A stretch of DNA of 64,000 nt from Gekko japonicus (Eukaryota). The notes below the pieces were generated by a model. That model worked only from the letters and a program-made list of their open reading frames with translations, searched no databases and was not told the origin of the DNA. The translations under genes and the position numbers were made by a program. Position 1 is the first letter of the stretch, and each line of letters starts with the position of its first letter. The DNA is taken from NCBI RefSeq assembly GCF_001447785.1, contig NW_015174867.1:1-64000 (forward strand). The letters run 5' to 3'. This document shows positions 24,066 to 36,599 of this stretch, piece by piece.

Positions 24066-24882
24066 GTTCCGCCTTTCTTGGGATTCCCTCCTCCCGAGTC
24101 CTAGGCGGCTCATAGACCTCAGGTAAAAATGCAGCATAGAAACAGAGAAATACGACATACGTGTTATATTGTATTTATTTGTTAGATTTTTGTTAGATTG
24201 TTATAAACGTGTGCGTGTGTATAGGGCGCTGTACTCAAAACATGGGAATACAAAGATAAATAAGCCAATGTTTTAAAAATAAAAATGGCAGCGCAAAACA
24301 GTAAGGGTAAGAGTAGGAGGACGCTGGGGTTGTGAAAACACAACAGCAGTTAAAATTGAATTTCAGTGGCCAGAACGAAATAGTAGTCACCAAACGTTTC
24401 TCCTTTGTGCCTGGTGTTCAATCCAATATAGACCTCCCCTGCAACTCAACCATTGTTCCTTCAAGTGGCTGGTTAAGCTGTGTATCTTCTGATGGCTCGT
24501 CTGCTTGCTGATTGTGTTTAACTTTTTATAAATATTTTGAGTTTGTTGCCTTCACTTTTTGTTTACTACTGCTATCCTGGTAGGTAATTCAAACTTGGGA
24601 ACTAGAAACAGAGGCCCTGTGAATAGCATGAAAGTAGCCCTGGTTGGAATACAGGCTGTGGCACCTATACCTGGCTGGATCAGGAATTAAAGATATATAC
24701 TTGTGCCAGTGCCCTGTGTCTGTAGCTACTTAAGAAATGCAGAAATCATTAGAATTCTCTGTGAGGCTGAAAGCTCTAATTCTCTAATTCAGGTTGCTGA
24801 CTGTCTTTGATATTTCACCTAAATTGCCAGTGTGGCGTTATTTTCTTTATTTCTATTTTTTATATTGCTCTTGTCTTTGCAG

Positions 24883-25016
24883 GGAGCAGTGAAGCGGCAA
24901 GCCCTGTATGCGTGCAGTACATGTACCCCACCAGGAGAAGAACCAGCAGGGATCTGTTTAGCATGCAGTTATGAATGTCATGGAACACACAAACTATTTG
25001 AGCTGTATACAAAAAG
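24883..25016 (+). CDS. UBR7: UBR7 exon 2 (UBR-box zinc finger)
   Basis: GAVKRQALYACSTCTPPGEEPAGICLACSYECHGTHKLFELYTKR. Canonical AG/GT sites. Confidence 0.97.
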
Positions 25017-25211
25017 GTAATATTGACTGGTGGAGGTGTCTTGTGAAAGAGTATTTGTACTATGTTGTAAACGAGTGCATTTCAAACAAGTTGCCAATTT
25101 TTTTGTTTGCACGAAAGGAAATGGCTAGTAAATGTTCTTAGGGAACCTCTCACTTCTAGTTGAGACAGAAACATTACTTATACGAGATCAACAGGATGCA
25201 CAAACCATTTT

Positions 25212-25775
25212 TTTGGACAAAAGTCCACAATGAAATGCAAAAAATACTGAAATGTTCTTTTAAAAAAGCACCGGAAATTCTGCTTTTGGGACTCAAAATG
25301 GAAGAAGTAAATACGACTAAAAAAACTTTACTCTGGTACCTGATAGTGACAGCGAGAATGATTTATGCTCAGTTTTGGAAGACGGAAAAGGTACCAGAGG
25401 TTGAAGACTGGATACAAAAAGTTCTGTTCATGGCACAAATGGATAAGATTACAAAAAAACTGAATAACAAAGAAGACGATGAGTTTTTTGGAGAATGGAA
25501 TGATTTTAAAATTTATCTGGAAAAGAACTGGGATGTGAAACAAAACTTAATATGTTTAGATCAATATTAAGTCAAACAATGTTATCTTTAGATTGTAATG
25601 ATGAAAAACTGATATTGTTGATGATATGAAGTAATTTGGAGCAGGGGTGGAAGCATTGTGGGAAGCCATTGGAGGGAGGGGAGGAACTGGGAATGGGGTA
25701 GACAATTGATAGAATGAAATGTTTTATATGTTGTATTCCTGAGAAAATAAAATTTGTTTACCAAAAAAAAAAAAA
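25212..25775 (+). mobile_element. Young 5'-truncated L1 with poly(A) tail and 19-bp TSD, in UBR7 intron 2
   Basis: Uninterrupted L1 ORF2 C-terminus (FW...PEILLLG...ARMIYAQFWK...P...W) ending at 25570. AATAAA at 25746-25751, A-tail. TSD AGGATGCACAAACCATTTT at 25193-25211 and 25776-25794. Confidence 0.9.
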
Positions 25776-26044
25776 AGGATGCACAAACCATTTTATTGTG
25801 TGGGTGATTTTTTTAAAAAAATAGAAGCCTTTGTTGTTAAGATATCTTCAAAGATCCAAATGGAAAAAAGCATAACAGTTGTAGCACTCCAAGCACACTT
25901 TTTTTGCTGCAAGTGTATTTATGGTTTGTGAGTCTGCAGTGATAAATATCCAAAATCAAGAAGCGCACTTCTTCACAGCTTTATTCATAATGTATGTCAT
26001 GTTATCTGTATCCGCATTAGAACACAGTAGGAGTGATTATTCTT

Positions 26045-26395
26045 GTTATTTTGCCATCAAGTCGCAGATGACAAGTTATGGCGATCCCATAGTGTTTTCA
26101 AGGCAATAGGTGGTTTGCCATTACCTGCCTCTGTGTTGCAGCCCTGGACTTCCTTGGCAGTCTCCCATCCAAGTATCAACCAGGTCCAACCCTGCTTAGC
26201 TTCTGAGATTGTGCTAGCGTGGGCCATCCATGTCTCTGTGTGTAAAGTGCTGTCAAGTTACAGCCGATTTGTGGCAAAATATGGATTTTCGTGGCAAGAG
26301 ACTAATGGTGGTGGTTTGCGGTTGCCTGCCTCTGCATAGCAACCCTGGTATTCCTTAGTGGTCTCCCATCCAAATATTAACTAGGCCTGACCCTG
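26045..26395 (-). mobile_element. Two tandem 5S rRNA-derived SINE fragments
   Basis: Reverse complement resembles the 5S internal control region (GAAGCTAAGCAGGG...TTGGATGGGAGAC). Confidence 0.6.
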
Positions 26396-26568
26396 CCCTG
26401 GTTAGGGCAGATTGAATAATACGAGATAATGAATCAGAAATATGTGTTTCGGTATATAATTATTTGTCCATTCATACTTCCCATACAAATGCAGTTAGTG
26501 GTCTACTTGCTTCAGCTTTGGCTGAACTGTATGAAACATTAACATTAAGAACATTTTGTTTCTTCCAG

Positions 26569-26629
26569 AAACTTCCGCTGTGATTGTGGAAACAGTAAAT
26601 TCAAAAATTTGCAGTGCAAGCTACTTCCT
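26569..26629 (+). CDS. UBR7: UBR7 exon 3
   Basis: NFRCDCGNSKFKNLQCKLLP. Phases 2/0 are consistent with neighbours. Confidence 0.96.
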
Positions 26630-26859
26630 GTAAGTATAAAGATAAGAACTAAAATGATAGTCAGACTGTTGTTTTAGCATTTGGCCTTGTATTGAAAAAA
26701 AAATCATCAGGTTCAGGTATCAATTGCTGTGGTCTGGTTGCCAATATTCTATTTTTGGATAAGGCACTAGAATGGTAGCTGTCCGCCTCCAAATAATATT
26801 GGACAAAAGTGAATATCTACACCTGTTTCAGCTGGGTCAGCTGAGTCTGGGGCTGACCT

Positions 26860-27900
26860 TTTTATTTGAATCAGTGTAAATTCTGAATCATTGCCTGGAG
26901 GATATAGTGGGATTAATGAGGGCCAGTAAACTGATGGTTAATCCAGATAAGACTAAGCTTCTGTTTGGTGGTGGTAGGGCTGATTGTCAAACAGCCTGCT
27001 TTGGATGTGCCCACGAGTTCTGTAATAGGTCCTGCAAGGCCCTGATATCAAGTGGGAGCTCTGCTGCTCAACACCTTCTGGTTGTCCCTGGCCCCTACGT
27101 GGTGGAACATGCTCCCACTTGATATCAGGGCCTTGCAGGACCTATTACAGTTCTGCAGGGCCTGTAAAACAGCTGTTCCACCAGGCTTTTAGTTGAGGCA
27201 GTGGACACCCACTGTACTCTCCATGTACCTTGGAAGGATAAAGTTTGTAGATTGGGGGTGCTATATCAAAATCTACAGTTGGATGCACAGATGTCAGCTG
27301 TAATATGTAACACCTCTAAAAAGCTCTGACTGTTCAAGTAGTGAGATTCGGCCACAGTTTGGCCAGTTTTTCATCACCTCCAGGTTAGGTTAGATACTAA
27401 ATGTGGAGCTGTCCTTGAGTTTTGCTCAGAACTTTAATCCAGAATACAACAGTGGAACTCCAGTTGGGCATGCTCCTGGGCAGCTTGTCTTCACTTGTAC
27501 ATTTCCAGCCACTGCTCAAGCTGCTGGTTTTAACTTTTAAAACCTTATTAAGTCTGGGATCAGGACATTTGAAGGGGTGCATGTTCTCATGTATTCCTGC
27601 CTGGACATTGCATTCATTTGCACAGGCTCTGTGATGACTATCCCTCCCCACCCATCAGAAGGAATGACCACCATGAGTGAGGTGGGTTGCCATCAAGGAT
27701 GGGGCCTTCTTGGGTGATGGTCCCTCTTTTGATTGTGCCCCCCCCCCCAGCCCCTGCTGGTGTTTTGTTGCTCAGTCCCTTGTTTTTGTTGTTGCTGCTG
27801 TTCTTAATTTGTGTGTAGCTAGTTTTAGGATTTTGTTTTGTTTTTAGTTGTTACATTGTAAATCATTTGCATGTGAGCTGGTATATGAATATTTTAAACA
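26860..27900 (+). mobile_element. Degraded L2 LINE fragments
   Basis: KLMVNPDKTKLL and LKLLVLTFK-like remnants, similar to the 44835-46075 copy. Confidence 0.55.
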
Positions 27901-28380
27901 ATAAGTAAACATACTAATATGAACTATTGCCTATTGTCATAGTTATGTATGTACATCAGCATTTCAGAAGAATGATTAAAAATATCTGAGATACGTGAAA
28001 TTGGCCTTAGATGCACACAAATATTAGTGGTCCTGAACGTGTGTGCCTATATCTGATTGCATCAAAGGTTGAACCTACCCAGCTTAGTGGGGGCTAGATA
28101 AGTACTGCACTGTATATGTGGATCGGATACATTAATGGACATCTGCCTTGGCTTCTAGATTTCTTTTCGTGAGTTGTGTGATGTTGAAGTTCTGCTGGTT
28201 ATAAATGTAGCATTAATATGCATTCAGTTTATCTACTAAACTGAAATATTTTGGAGGGCTTTTAAGAAACACACTGATTTGATCAGAGTTGCTGAAAGTG
28301 ATGTTGTGAGCAGGTTCCCTAGATTTCTTTATTTTATTTATGTAATTCCTTTATATACTGCCTTTCTCCCTGGTGGGGAC

Positions 28381-28555
28381 CAATGCTCCCTCTAACCTGT
28401 GGAGTCAATTCTATTTTGTGAGCTACTGGCACTAAAGTTGTGAGCATAGTAGTTTGCTCTGGAGCCATCCTTTCTGAGCTAAGAGAAAACGTGTGAGCCG
28501 GAGGCTAAAAAAACTGTGAGCTAGCTCACACAAACTCAACTTAGAGGGAACACTG
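28381..28555. mobile_element. hAT MITE (same family as 19005-19211) inside a minus-strand Squam3-like SINE (about 28330-28745)
   Basis: Termini CAATGCTCCCTCTAACCTG / CTTAGAGGGAACACTG. Degenerate 8-bp TSD GTGGGGAC / ATGGGAAC. Confidence 0.7.
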
Positions 28556-29103
28556 ATGGGAACCCAAAGCAGCTTACATTCTTCTGCCCTCGATTTTATT
28601 CTCACAACAAGCCTGTGAGAAGTAGGTTAGGCTGAGAGAGTGTGACTGGACCAGGGTCACCCAGCAAGCTTCCATGGCACAAGAAGGGATTCAAACCTGG
28701 ATCTTCCAGATCCTAATCCGACACTCTTAGCTACTATGCCATGCTAGCTCTCTTTTTTCAGTTAAAAGGGATTATTTATTTATTTATTACATTTATAAAT
28801 TGCCCTATCACAGCTACTCTATGTTCCCCATTAGGTTGTTCTGTTGAAGTTATTTTTTCCCCAGTTTCATGCTGCTCTCAATGTAAAATCAATTCATCTT
28901 CTGATTAGCCAGTGCTTCTCTCACTTATGGAATCACAAATTATTTCATATATCAAAATCATAAGGCCTGATGAGAGATTCAAGAGGGGATGCTTGGTATG
29001 TATTCAAGATGCCAAGACTTTAAATGTTTCTGGAGTTGTGAAGTTACAAAGTGCTTTCCTGTTTACATCCCCCCACCTCCCATGTTCTGTCATTTATTTC
29101 TAG

Positions 29104-29199
29104 GAAAAGGCGAAGTTGAATCCAGGAAATAAGTATAACCACAATTTCTATGGTTTGTATTGCGTCTGTAAAAGACCTTACCCAGATCCAGAAGATGAG
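29104..29199 (+). CDS. UBR7: UBR7 exon 4
   Basis: EKAKLNPGNKYNHNFYGLYCVCKRPYPDPEDE. Canonical sites. Confidence 0.96.
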
Positions 29200-29689
29200 G
29201 TAAGATGGCTTCTTAGAGTCTTGTACAGAAGATGCAAATATTCTTTATTTGGTTTTTCATTATTTGATCAGTAAATTTGCTGCATTTGTTATATGTGTTA
29301 AAATGAAGTGAGGAGTCCATTGTACAGAGTTGGGAATGCTCTGCATTATGTGCGACTGCTTTCCATAACACTAGAAATCACAGAAGGCTACAAAAACTAG
29401 CAGCATTTTTTTGCACAGTATGTCTAGGGCATCTTATTCACAAAATACTGAATCTGCTACTTTACTAACACAAATAAGTGAAATAAGGTAACTAAACTAT
29501 TTCCCGAAAGTGCCTGTACTGCAGTTCAAACAATCACCTTTGCATCTTTAATGGCTGCTGCTTTATTTACAATGACAGGCATATTGAGTGACTGGCAGGT
29601 ACCTGCTCAAAAGAGAGAGGGAAGTTTTATTTCCACAGATTTAGACTTGAAGGATTAGTACATTTTGTAATACTGTGGCTCTGAATTAG

Positions 29690-29743
29690 ATTCCAGATGA
29701 AATGATCCAGTGCATAATTTGTGAAGATTGGTTTCATGGAAGG
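29690..29743 (+). CDS. UBR7: UBR7 exon 5 (PHD finger)
   Basis: IPDEMIQCIICEDWFHGR. Donor AGG|GTGAGT. Confidence 0.96.
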
Positions 29744-30180
29744 GTGAGTACATCTAATAAAATAACTCCATTAAATAAAAGGGATGGAAGTATAACAGTG
29801 GTAACTGTAAACTGCCAGACCAGATTTTTTTCTAGCTTGTAAAAACCTTTGCATTTCTGAGGCTGCTTAGTTTAAAATAACCACACAAATCCCACAAGCA
29901 CTATTCTGCAACAATTAAGCTCCAGTTCAGAACCGGTATACTTAATTTTATTTACCTTCGTGTTGTCGAATCTTAGTTTTAGTGGAATGTGTACCATTTG
30001 AATGTATAAATTCCAGCTTTTACTTTGGATGAAGGTTTTGAGATAAAATTAATTCTGGCTGGCTGGATAATGCAGTATACGTTAGAGACATGGGAAGTCC
30101 CAATGCTTTCCATTTTTGCTGAAGAAGTGCTATTTATTGGTCTGATATTGCCATGTGTTCCTGTTTTTTCCTCCTCCTAG

Positions 30181-30286
30181 CATCTTGGTGCTGTTCCTCC
30201 AGATAGTGGGGACTTTCATGAAATGGTGTGTCAGGCATGCATGGATCGCTGTCCATTCCTATGGAGCTATGCCTCTCAGTTAGCAG
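30181..30286 (+). CDS. UBR7: UBR7 exon 6
   Basis: HLGAVPPDSGDFHEMVCQACMDRCPFLWSYASQLA. Canonical sites. Confidence 0.96.
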
Positions 30287-30895
30287 GTGAGAAGAATAAG
30301 AGCAGCTGGTGTGCTAACAGTCTTCTGCTAGAGAAGCCTCTTAACTTGCTTTAAGGAATGTGCTTCAGTATTTTAGTTTTATTGAGGTGAGTGAAACTGC
30401 GGCCTGTTCAAGATGTGAAAAAAGTATAGGTTACATTCTATGGAGCACGAAGTGCTTGTGGAAATGTATCTCCCCAGCCCCCTAAGATTCCCAGAAAGTG
30501 AATGCTGGGGGGTTTGAGGACCCTCATGGACAAAATGCCACAAGGCACTGGGGAGGGGAAAGGGTTGTGAGGAAGGGGGAAATGGACTGAAATGGCTCCC
30601 ACTTCTCTTTCTGCAGACTGAGCAAACTTACTGTTGGTGCAAGGAGGAGGGAGGATTTAATCCAATGCCCTTTCCTCTTTTTGACACTCACATTTTTATC
30701 CTGCTCTTCATCCAAGGAATTTAGAGCAACGTACATGGTTTCCCCCTTTTCCATTTTTACCCTCACAACAACTCTTTAAGGTGGGCCATGCCCCTCTCTC
30801 TCTCTGCAGTAGAGTGCAGTTTTGATGCTTCAGAGAATAACAATGTGTTCAACAGACAAACTGATACTGAGCGTATGAATGCTTGTACTTTGTAG

Positions 30896-31068
30896 TTCCC
30901 ACTGTGACCAAAGTTACCCCTGCTGCTGAAGAGGGTGCTGCGCTGAATGTTGAAGAAGCTGAAGAAATTAAAAAGGAAAACCGTACAGACTGCCACATAA
31001 AGACTGAAGAAGAGAAAGTAGTACCGAGTAATGAGCCATCCACCAGCTCTGGCACTGAATGTTCAGAG
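30896..31068 (+). CDS. UBR7: UBR7 exon 7 (variable acidic linker; GC donor)
   Basis: VPTVTKVTPAAEEG...SSGTECSE. Donor GAG|GCAAGT gives phase 0, which fits exon 8. Confidence 0.85.
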
Positions 31069-31194
31069 GCAAGTGTGTGTTCCTTCTCTGGCAGGTTAAG
31101 GCTTCAAGTTGTCACATCTGTGTTTGAGATCCATTAATGGAAGAGAGTTTTAAAAAAGCATAGTAGCATCATTTTTTTATACTTTGTGTGTGTG

Positions 31195-31397
31195 CTTGCC
31201 TGGAAGTCATGGTGACTTCTGGTGATCCCTACTGGAGGCCTGGATGTTTTACAGAGAGGTATCTTGATTAGCCTGCTTTTGTGCATGCCTCTGGTATTGC
31301 TTGGAGGTTGCCCTTCCAAGTACTTGCCATAGTCGGCCCTGCTTAGCTTCTGAGACCTGACGAGTTCAGGCTTGCCTGGGCTGTCCAGGTCAGGGTT
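31195..31397 (-). mobile_element. 5S rRNA-derived SINE
   Basis: Reverse complement CCTGAACTCGTCAGGTCTCAGAAGCTAAGCAGGGCCGAC...GTACTTGGAAGGG resembles 5S rRNA. Confidence 0.7.
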
Positions 31398-32616
31398 TAG
31401 TGGTAGCGTCATTTTTAATTAGCAGTTAACAGCAGAGAAATTGTTGACATTAGACACTTTCAAGAGGGCCTGGTGAAAGAAACCTAATTAACTTTTGCTG
31501 GCTGTCTCTGGTTCAAGAGGCAGCTAGGAAGGCTTAGTAGGACTGATCCATGCAGTGTATGCAGTCCTGTGAAAGCATAATTTTACACAGGTGTCTGCTG
31601 CTAGAAGCCTTGGACACAGAGAATGTGGGTGTGCAGCCACTTAGCAACCTGAGTCTGCCGCCTCCTTCTCAGCTGCTATTCTATGGTGTCAGCCTCTTCC
31701 TGGCTCTGTAATCTTCCTAGTGGAAGAGTTGCCTGTGGGATATTAGACAGCATGAGCATTTAGTGTGTGAAGTGCATGAACCGGTGTGGTTAGGCAGTTT
31801 TCATTCTGCCAGAGGCTCATTCACGTTCACCAGTGGTGTAGGATTGCTTGAGCAGTGTTTATACAAGCAGCTAGCATTGCGGTTGGGGATCCTGGTGGCA
31901 GCACCCTCACGTCAAAATAGCATGGATTCAACAATGAACAAGCAGAAGCATAAATTTAGCACAATTCTCTTTGCACAAGACCTTGTTGCAACACTTGGCA
32001 GTATCCTCCTTGTATATTATAGTGCCCAGAAATTGGTTGCACGGGATCTTACACAAGTGGAAATGCAGGTGCTGGTCCAATAAGTTTGACTTGACAGCAA
32101 TGGCTACTGTGGTGTTTCCGCTTGCACGAGAACTCTAGCATAATCAGAAATTTTGTGCTGGATCTAATTCTGTGTCTAAATTGGCCTCTGGTAGTACAGC
32201 TTCTGTAGCTTTGGACAAGCTGTGACTTGTGAGGGAGCAGACTATAGCATGCCAAAGTTGTCTTTGGTGTTGGGAATAACCGAGGGATGCTTTATTTCTT
32301 GTGATGGTGGTCTGACATCCTTTGCTAGAAAGATTTGCTAGGGTGAGGTTTTTATCAGTTCCATATTAAGAAATTTGGTGTGTGTGATAACCCTTTAAAA
32401 ATCTAAAGTGTCAGTTAGGGTAGGTGATCTTTCTGTGCAAGGTTTTTGTGTGGCATTCTGGCCCATTAATTTCTGGCTTCACGATCTTCCCCATAATGTT
32501 GCTGAAGTGTGGAGCTGGAAGTAGATAATTTTATATACATCTGGGAAATTAAGAAAGCTTCAAGCCTCAGTGAGTTTGGAAATGGAAGTGAAAAGTGGTT
32601 TTTAATTTTACTACAG

Positions 32617-32745
32617 GCAGTTAAGAATGAAACACCCACCTGCAAGCTGCAAGAACTTCAAACCAATCAACACCTAAAGACCAACACGGCCACATTTTGG
32701 CCTCACAACTGGCGGAGCAAATTGTGCACTTGCAAAGAATGTGTG
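32617..32745 (+). CDS. UBR7: UBR7 exon 8
   Basis: AVKNETPTCKLQEL...ATFWPHNWRSKLCTCKECV. Confidence 0.94.
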
Positions 32746-33593
32746 GTATGTAGGGGTTTTTTTAGTACAGTTTGTGGTTGAAGGCTATAGAAGTATCCAA
32801 AATGAAACTTTTTAATAAAAATGTAACTGAATAGAAATGTTTGGAAGTAGTAGCTTCTATGTTGGGTGATGTTTGTCTTAAGAAATATACAAAATAGTAA
32901 AGGACATGTTGTGAATAAATGTTGCTCGTCTGCAACATGTATAATCCGTTAGCATGTGAAAAATCGGTCAACCAGTTGCTATTAGACTTCTCAAAATGGG
33001 GAGAGGTCATCAGGATTGGCTAAACGAAGTTCCAGACATGCTGAAGAGAGCGATGTGCCATCACAGTAAGTTGCCATTTGACAGACCTTCTATTTTGCTA
33101 TTCTTGGCATGGACTGTGGAAACGCATGTTCCTCTGGAGGCAAGCCCAGTAAGTGTGGCTCCAGGCTTCCTTGGCTGGCTCAGTTTCTCCCTGGAGTTGC
33201 TCTCCTCATTGGGTTCAAGTTAATGAGCATCAACTGCATATCCTTGTGGCTTCCTTCACAACAATTGAAAAGTATTTTAAAGCAAACACATTTCTGTATA
33301 AAGCAATCATGCTTCAAAATGAATGTGTTTTCAAAGGATGAATGAAAGGCACTTGTTTCAGATGAAGGAAACACTGAGCCCATTGCACAAGTTTTGAAAA
33401 ATTAATTTTTTTGCCGTGAAAAAAATAAATTCCCTAGGGGTCTGCTGCAGTAAAACAAAAACGAAGAATCTACTTAAGACCAATGACATCAGATGCTTTT
33501 TGAGCCAGATGTGTTTGATGAAGCAAGCTCATGCCACAGTGAATTCATTAGTGTTTAAAGTGCCCCAAGACTTTTTATTATTTTGTTTTTTAG

Positions 33594-33756
33594 AAGATGT
33601 ACTTGGATCTGGAAGTCTCATTCCTAACAGATGAATGTGATACTGTCTTGGCCTATGAAGATAAAGGGACTAGTGACCAGGAAGCGGACAGGAGAGATCC
33701 CCTGATGGACACACTTAGCAGCATGAATAGAGTCCAGCAAGTAGAGCTCATCTGTG
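33594..33756 (+). CDS. UBR7: UBR7 exon 9
   Basis: KMYLDLEVSFLTDECDTVLAYEDKG...DPLMDTLSSMNRVQQVELIC. TAG/AAG tandem acceptor. Confidence 0.96.
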
Positions 33757-35018
33757 GTAAGTAACTTCATTGTGTAATCTGCAACTGAATTTTCAAAACA
33801 TCCTTTCACAGGTGCATATGGAGGTAGAGGTGGCACATGACTTTCTTACTTAATGGGGTGTTGCCTTTTAGTACCAGCTAATTTTCTAAAATTTAAAATT
33901 TCTTAAACTTATGTAGGTCTTTAACATGATATCTGCTCAGACTAAGCACTACCATTTTACTTGGCTGCTTCAACAGAGAATTTGCCGACCATTCCCTTGG
34001 TTCTTCTTTCGCCTTCTCTCGGTTTACCTGTGCTATGGCAGTACAGTCTGTTTTGCTTCTGCAGTGTACTTCGGGTAACAAAAACAAAGGCAGTCCTTTG
34101 TGTACTCTACTGTTTGCGTGAACTCTTACTTTGAATGATGTATGTTGCTGCTAATCAGGAGGAGGCACATGGAGTTCCATAGTACACAGAAGCCCTTCCT
34201 CCGGTTACTGGAAACCTTACTTGCCAACTCCTCTAACTTATGAGATGTTTCTAAGCATTTCTCACATGTTTGCAAGCGTATCTTCACTAGTATTAGGGCA
34301 AGAAAGTGGTGCTCTATTTTTTTAACAAAAATTCTAGTTCTGGGAAGATGGCGGTAGTGTCGATTAACTCATTCTGTGGTTATTTTGGAGTGTCTTGAAA
34401 TGTAGCCTGCGCAATAAGGAACTGGGTAGATGGGATTTTACTTTGTGTAACTAGTGATGGGGACTAGAATATTTATCTGTGTGTAAGGAAGGGCTTTGCT
34501 TTCAGTCACATTTAGACATAGTGTTAAAGTTATAAATTATTTGTATTTGCTGGGCCGCAAGATGCTGCAGCCAATATTTTACAAAATGTAAGGTTTCCTT
34601 TCTGAGGTGTGTATTGTTTTAGATGCCATGTATAACTTTCTGGAAATAGAACTTAAGTCTCATTAGAAGGGCAACAGAAAGACCTAAGTCTTTGGTAGAA
34701 TGGACTCTGATACAGCTCTGGCATTGCATTTTGGTTCAGTTAAACCTTCTGCCTTTTGTCAGAGAGGTAATACTGTTCTTTGGACTGGCCTTTAGATGAT
34801 CAAGGGGAATTGGGGTGTCCTAGGATTGAAACTTGTGTAGAACTTGTTCCATTATGATCTACACTAAAGTGTTGGAGACAAAAATGAGTGGGGGGCTGAG
34901 AGGTAGTATGGCAAAGATGCTTTCTCATATCTTTGTCCAGTAAGCAAAAGTGGAGGTAAAGATGCCTCTCTAAGGTTAAAGGCTCAACTGCAGCAAAACT
35001 GTTTTTTACCCTATCCAG

Positions 35019-35080
35019 AATATAATGACCTGAAAACAGAGTTAACAGACTATCTGAGAAGGTTTGCAGATGAAGGAACT
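35019..35080 (+). CDS. UBR7: UBR7 exon 10
   Basis: EYNDLKTELTDYLRRFADEGT. Confidence 0.96.
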
Positions 35081-36506
35081 GTAAGTATGTTTGACTTTGT
35101 ATTTTATTACTATTACTGGGGAATTTTTGGAGAACTGGAAAATAGTTACTGTCTTCAGTGTTAATGAGAAATGAATCATAACAATCTATTGTGAAAGAAA
35201 GACATTCCTAGCTGATTAACTTGCTGTTGGATCTGGTAACTTATTTTATTAACAAATGGGGTGGAATTCTCTCTGTTTGAACTACAGTAAAATAAAAAGC
35301 CTCAATTCCTACCCACTTAAAGACATAAAATTTGTCAACAGCAAGCTAACTTGCACAAGGTTTTTTCCTCACAGGATTTTCACAATTTATTGAAGACCTA
35401 AGACTGCATATTATGAACTGTTGTGGGGGCAGTTTCACCCAGTTTTTTCTCATTGCTTTAATCTTAGTACTGTATGGCATTTTGTTTGAGGCTCCTGTGA
35501 CACTGTCCCCCAGTCCCATACACCTTTTCCTGGGTCCCATGGAAGTGGGGAAAATGGACACTTGCTACTCATGGGATCCTACCTGATGTTACTATACTTG
35601 TTACTGAGAAATATCATTTGGAGCATCTGAAGTTAATTTAATCCCTGCAGTAGCAAAGTCTATTTTATGTAAATCTCCCATTTTTTATAGCCAGCTCCAA
35701 ATGCTTACAATTTATATACACAGCTGAGTGTGTGAAGAATTGTTATAAGCAGTTGAGAGTTAAAGGAGAAGGACAGAGAAAGTGAGCTTGCAGCTTTTGA
35801 GAAGTTACAGAATTATTAAGGGATGAGATTTTCCGTTTGCATCCCCCCCATTCTCTGGTATCCTCCATGCTGGTTTTGTTTTTCCCCATGTGAAATGACT
35901 TTGTAAATTAATCTATAATTTACAAATTCATTCTGGAGGGTCCCCTTCAGGTATGTAGACCCCTTGTCCTGCTATGGGTGGCTTGCTTTTTGCTGCTGAA
36001 TAAGAACCAGTCAGTTTCCTATTAAGCTATACTGGAATAAAGGCTAAGATCTTGCCCATAATATTCCCTCACTCTCCCTTTAGTTTTGATGCTTCAGTGG
36101 TAATAGATAAATCAGTCACATGCTCTGTCATGCTTCTAAAGGATCATGGAGCTGTGCTCTGGAAAGCGCCGGCTCAAATGAAGCCCTGCTGCCAGGGAAA
36201 GGAAGTGACTTAAAAGGGGGGGGGGAGGCTGAACAAGGGAAGAAAACAAACTGTAACCCACACGAAAGTAAGTTTTTGTTCTCTTCAGCAGCCCAGTTTC
36301 CAGACTGGATTTTGATCCCTTCATCAGCCAAGAGTACAACAAATAATTGTCTTCAGTACAATTTTGTGTTAAGACTCTTGCCTGGAATCCAAAGTGCAAG
36401 CTTGCTTCACGTAGGGAGCATGTTATGTTCATTGTGCAACCCTAATTGTGCAGTGTTGGCTTTGTCAGTTTTAATATTCTCTTCTATTGACTTTATTTCC
36501 CAACAG

Positions 36507-36599
36507 GTTGTTAAGAGAGAGGACATCCATCAATTCTTTGAAGAATTTCAATCTCGAAAGAGGAGGAGGACAGACCAGATGCAGTATTACTGCAGCTAG
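36507..36599 (+). CDS. UBR7: UBR7 exon 11 (last coding exon)
   Basis: VVKREDIHQFFEEFQSRKRRRTDQMQYYCS*. Total spliced CDS is 1233 nt = 410 aa + stop. Confidence 0.97.
   Translation, partial: VVKREDIHQFFEEFQSRKRRRTDQMQYYCS

Noticed and set aside
36120-36506. 159-aa ORF upstream of UBR7 exon 11
   Set aside because: Intronic open frame running into the real exon at acceptor 36506/36507.
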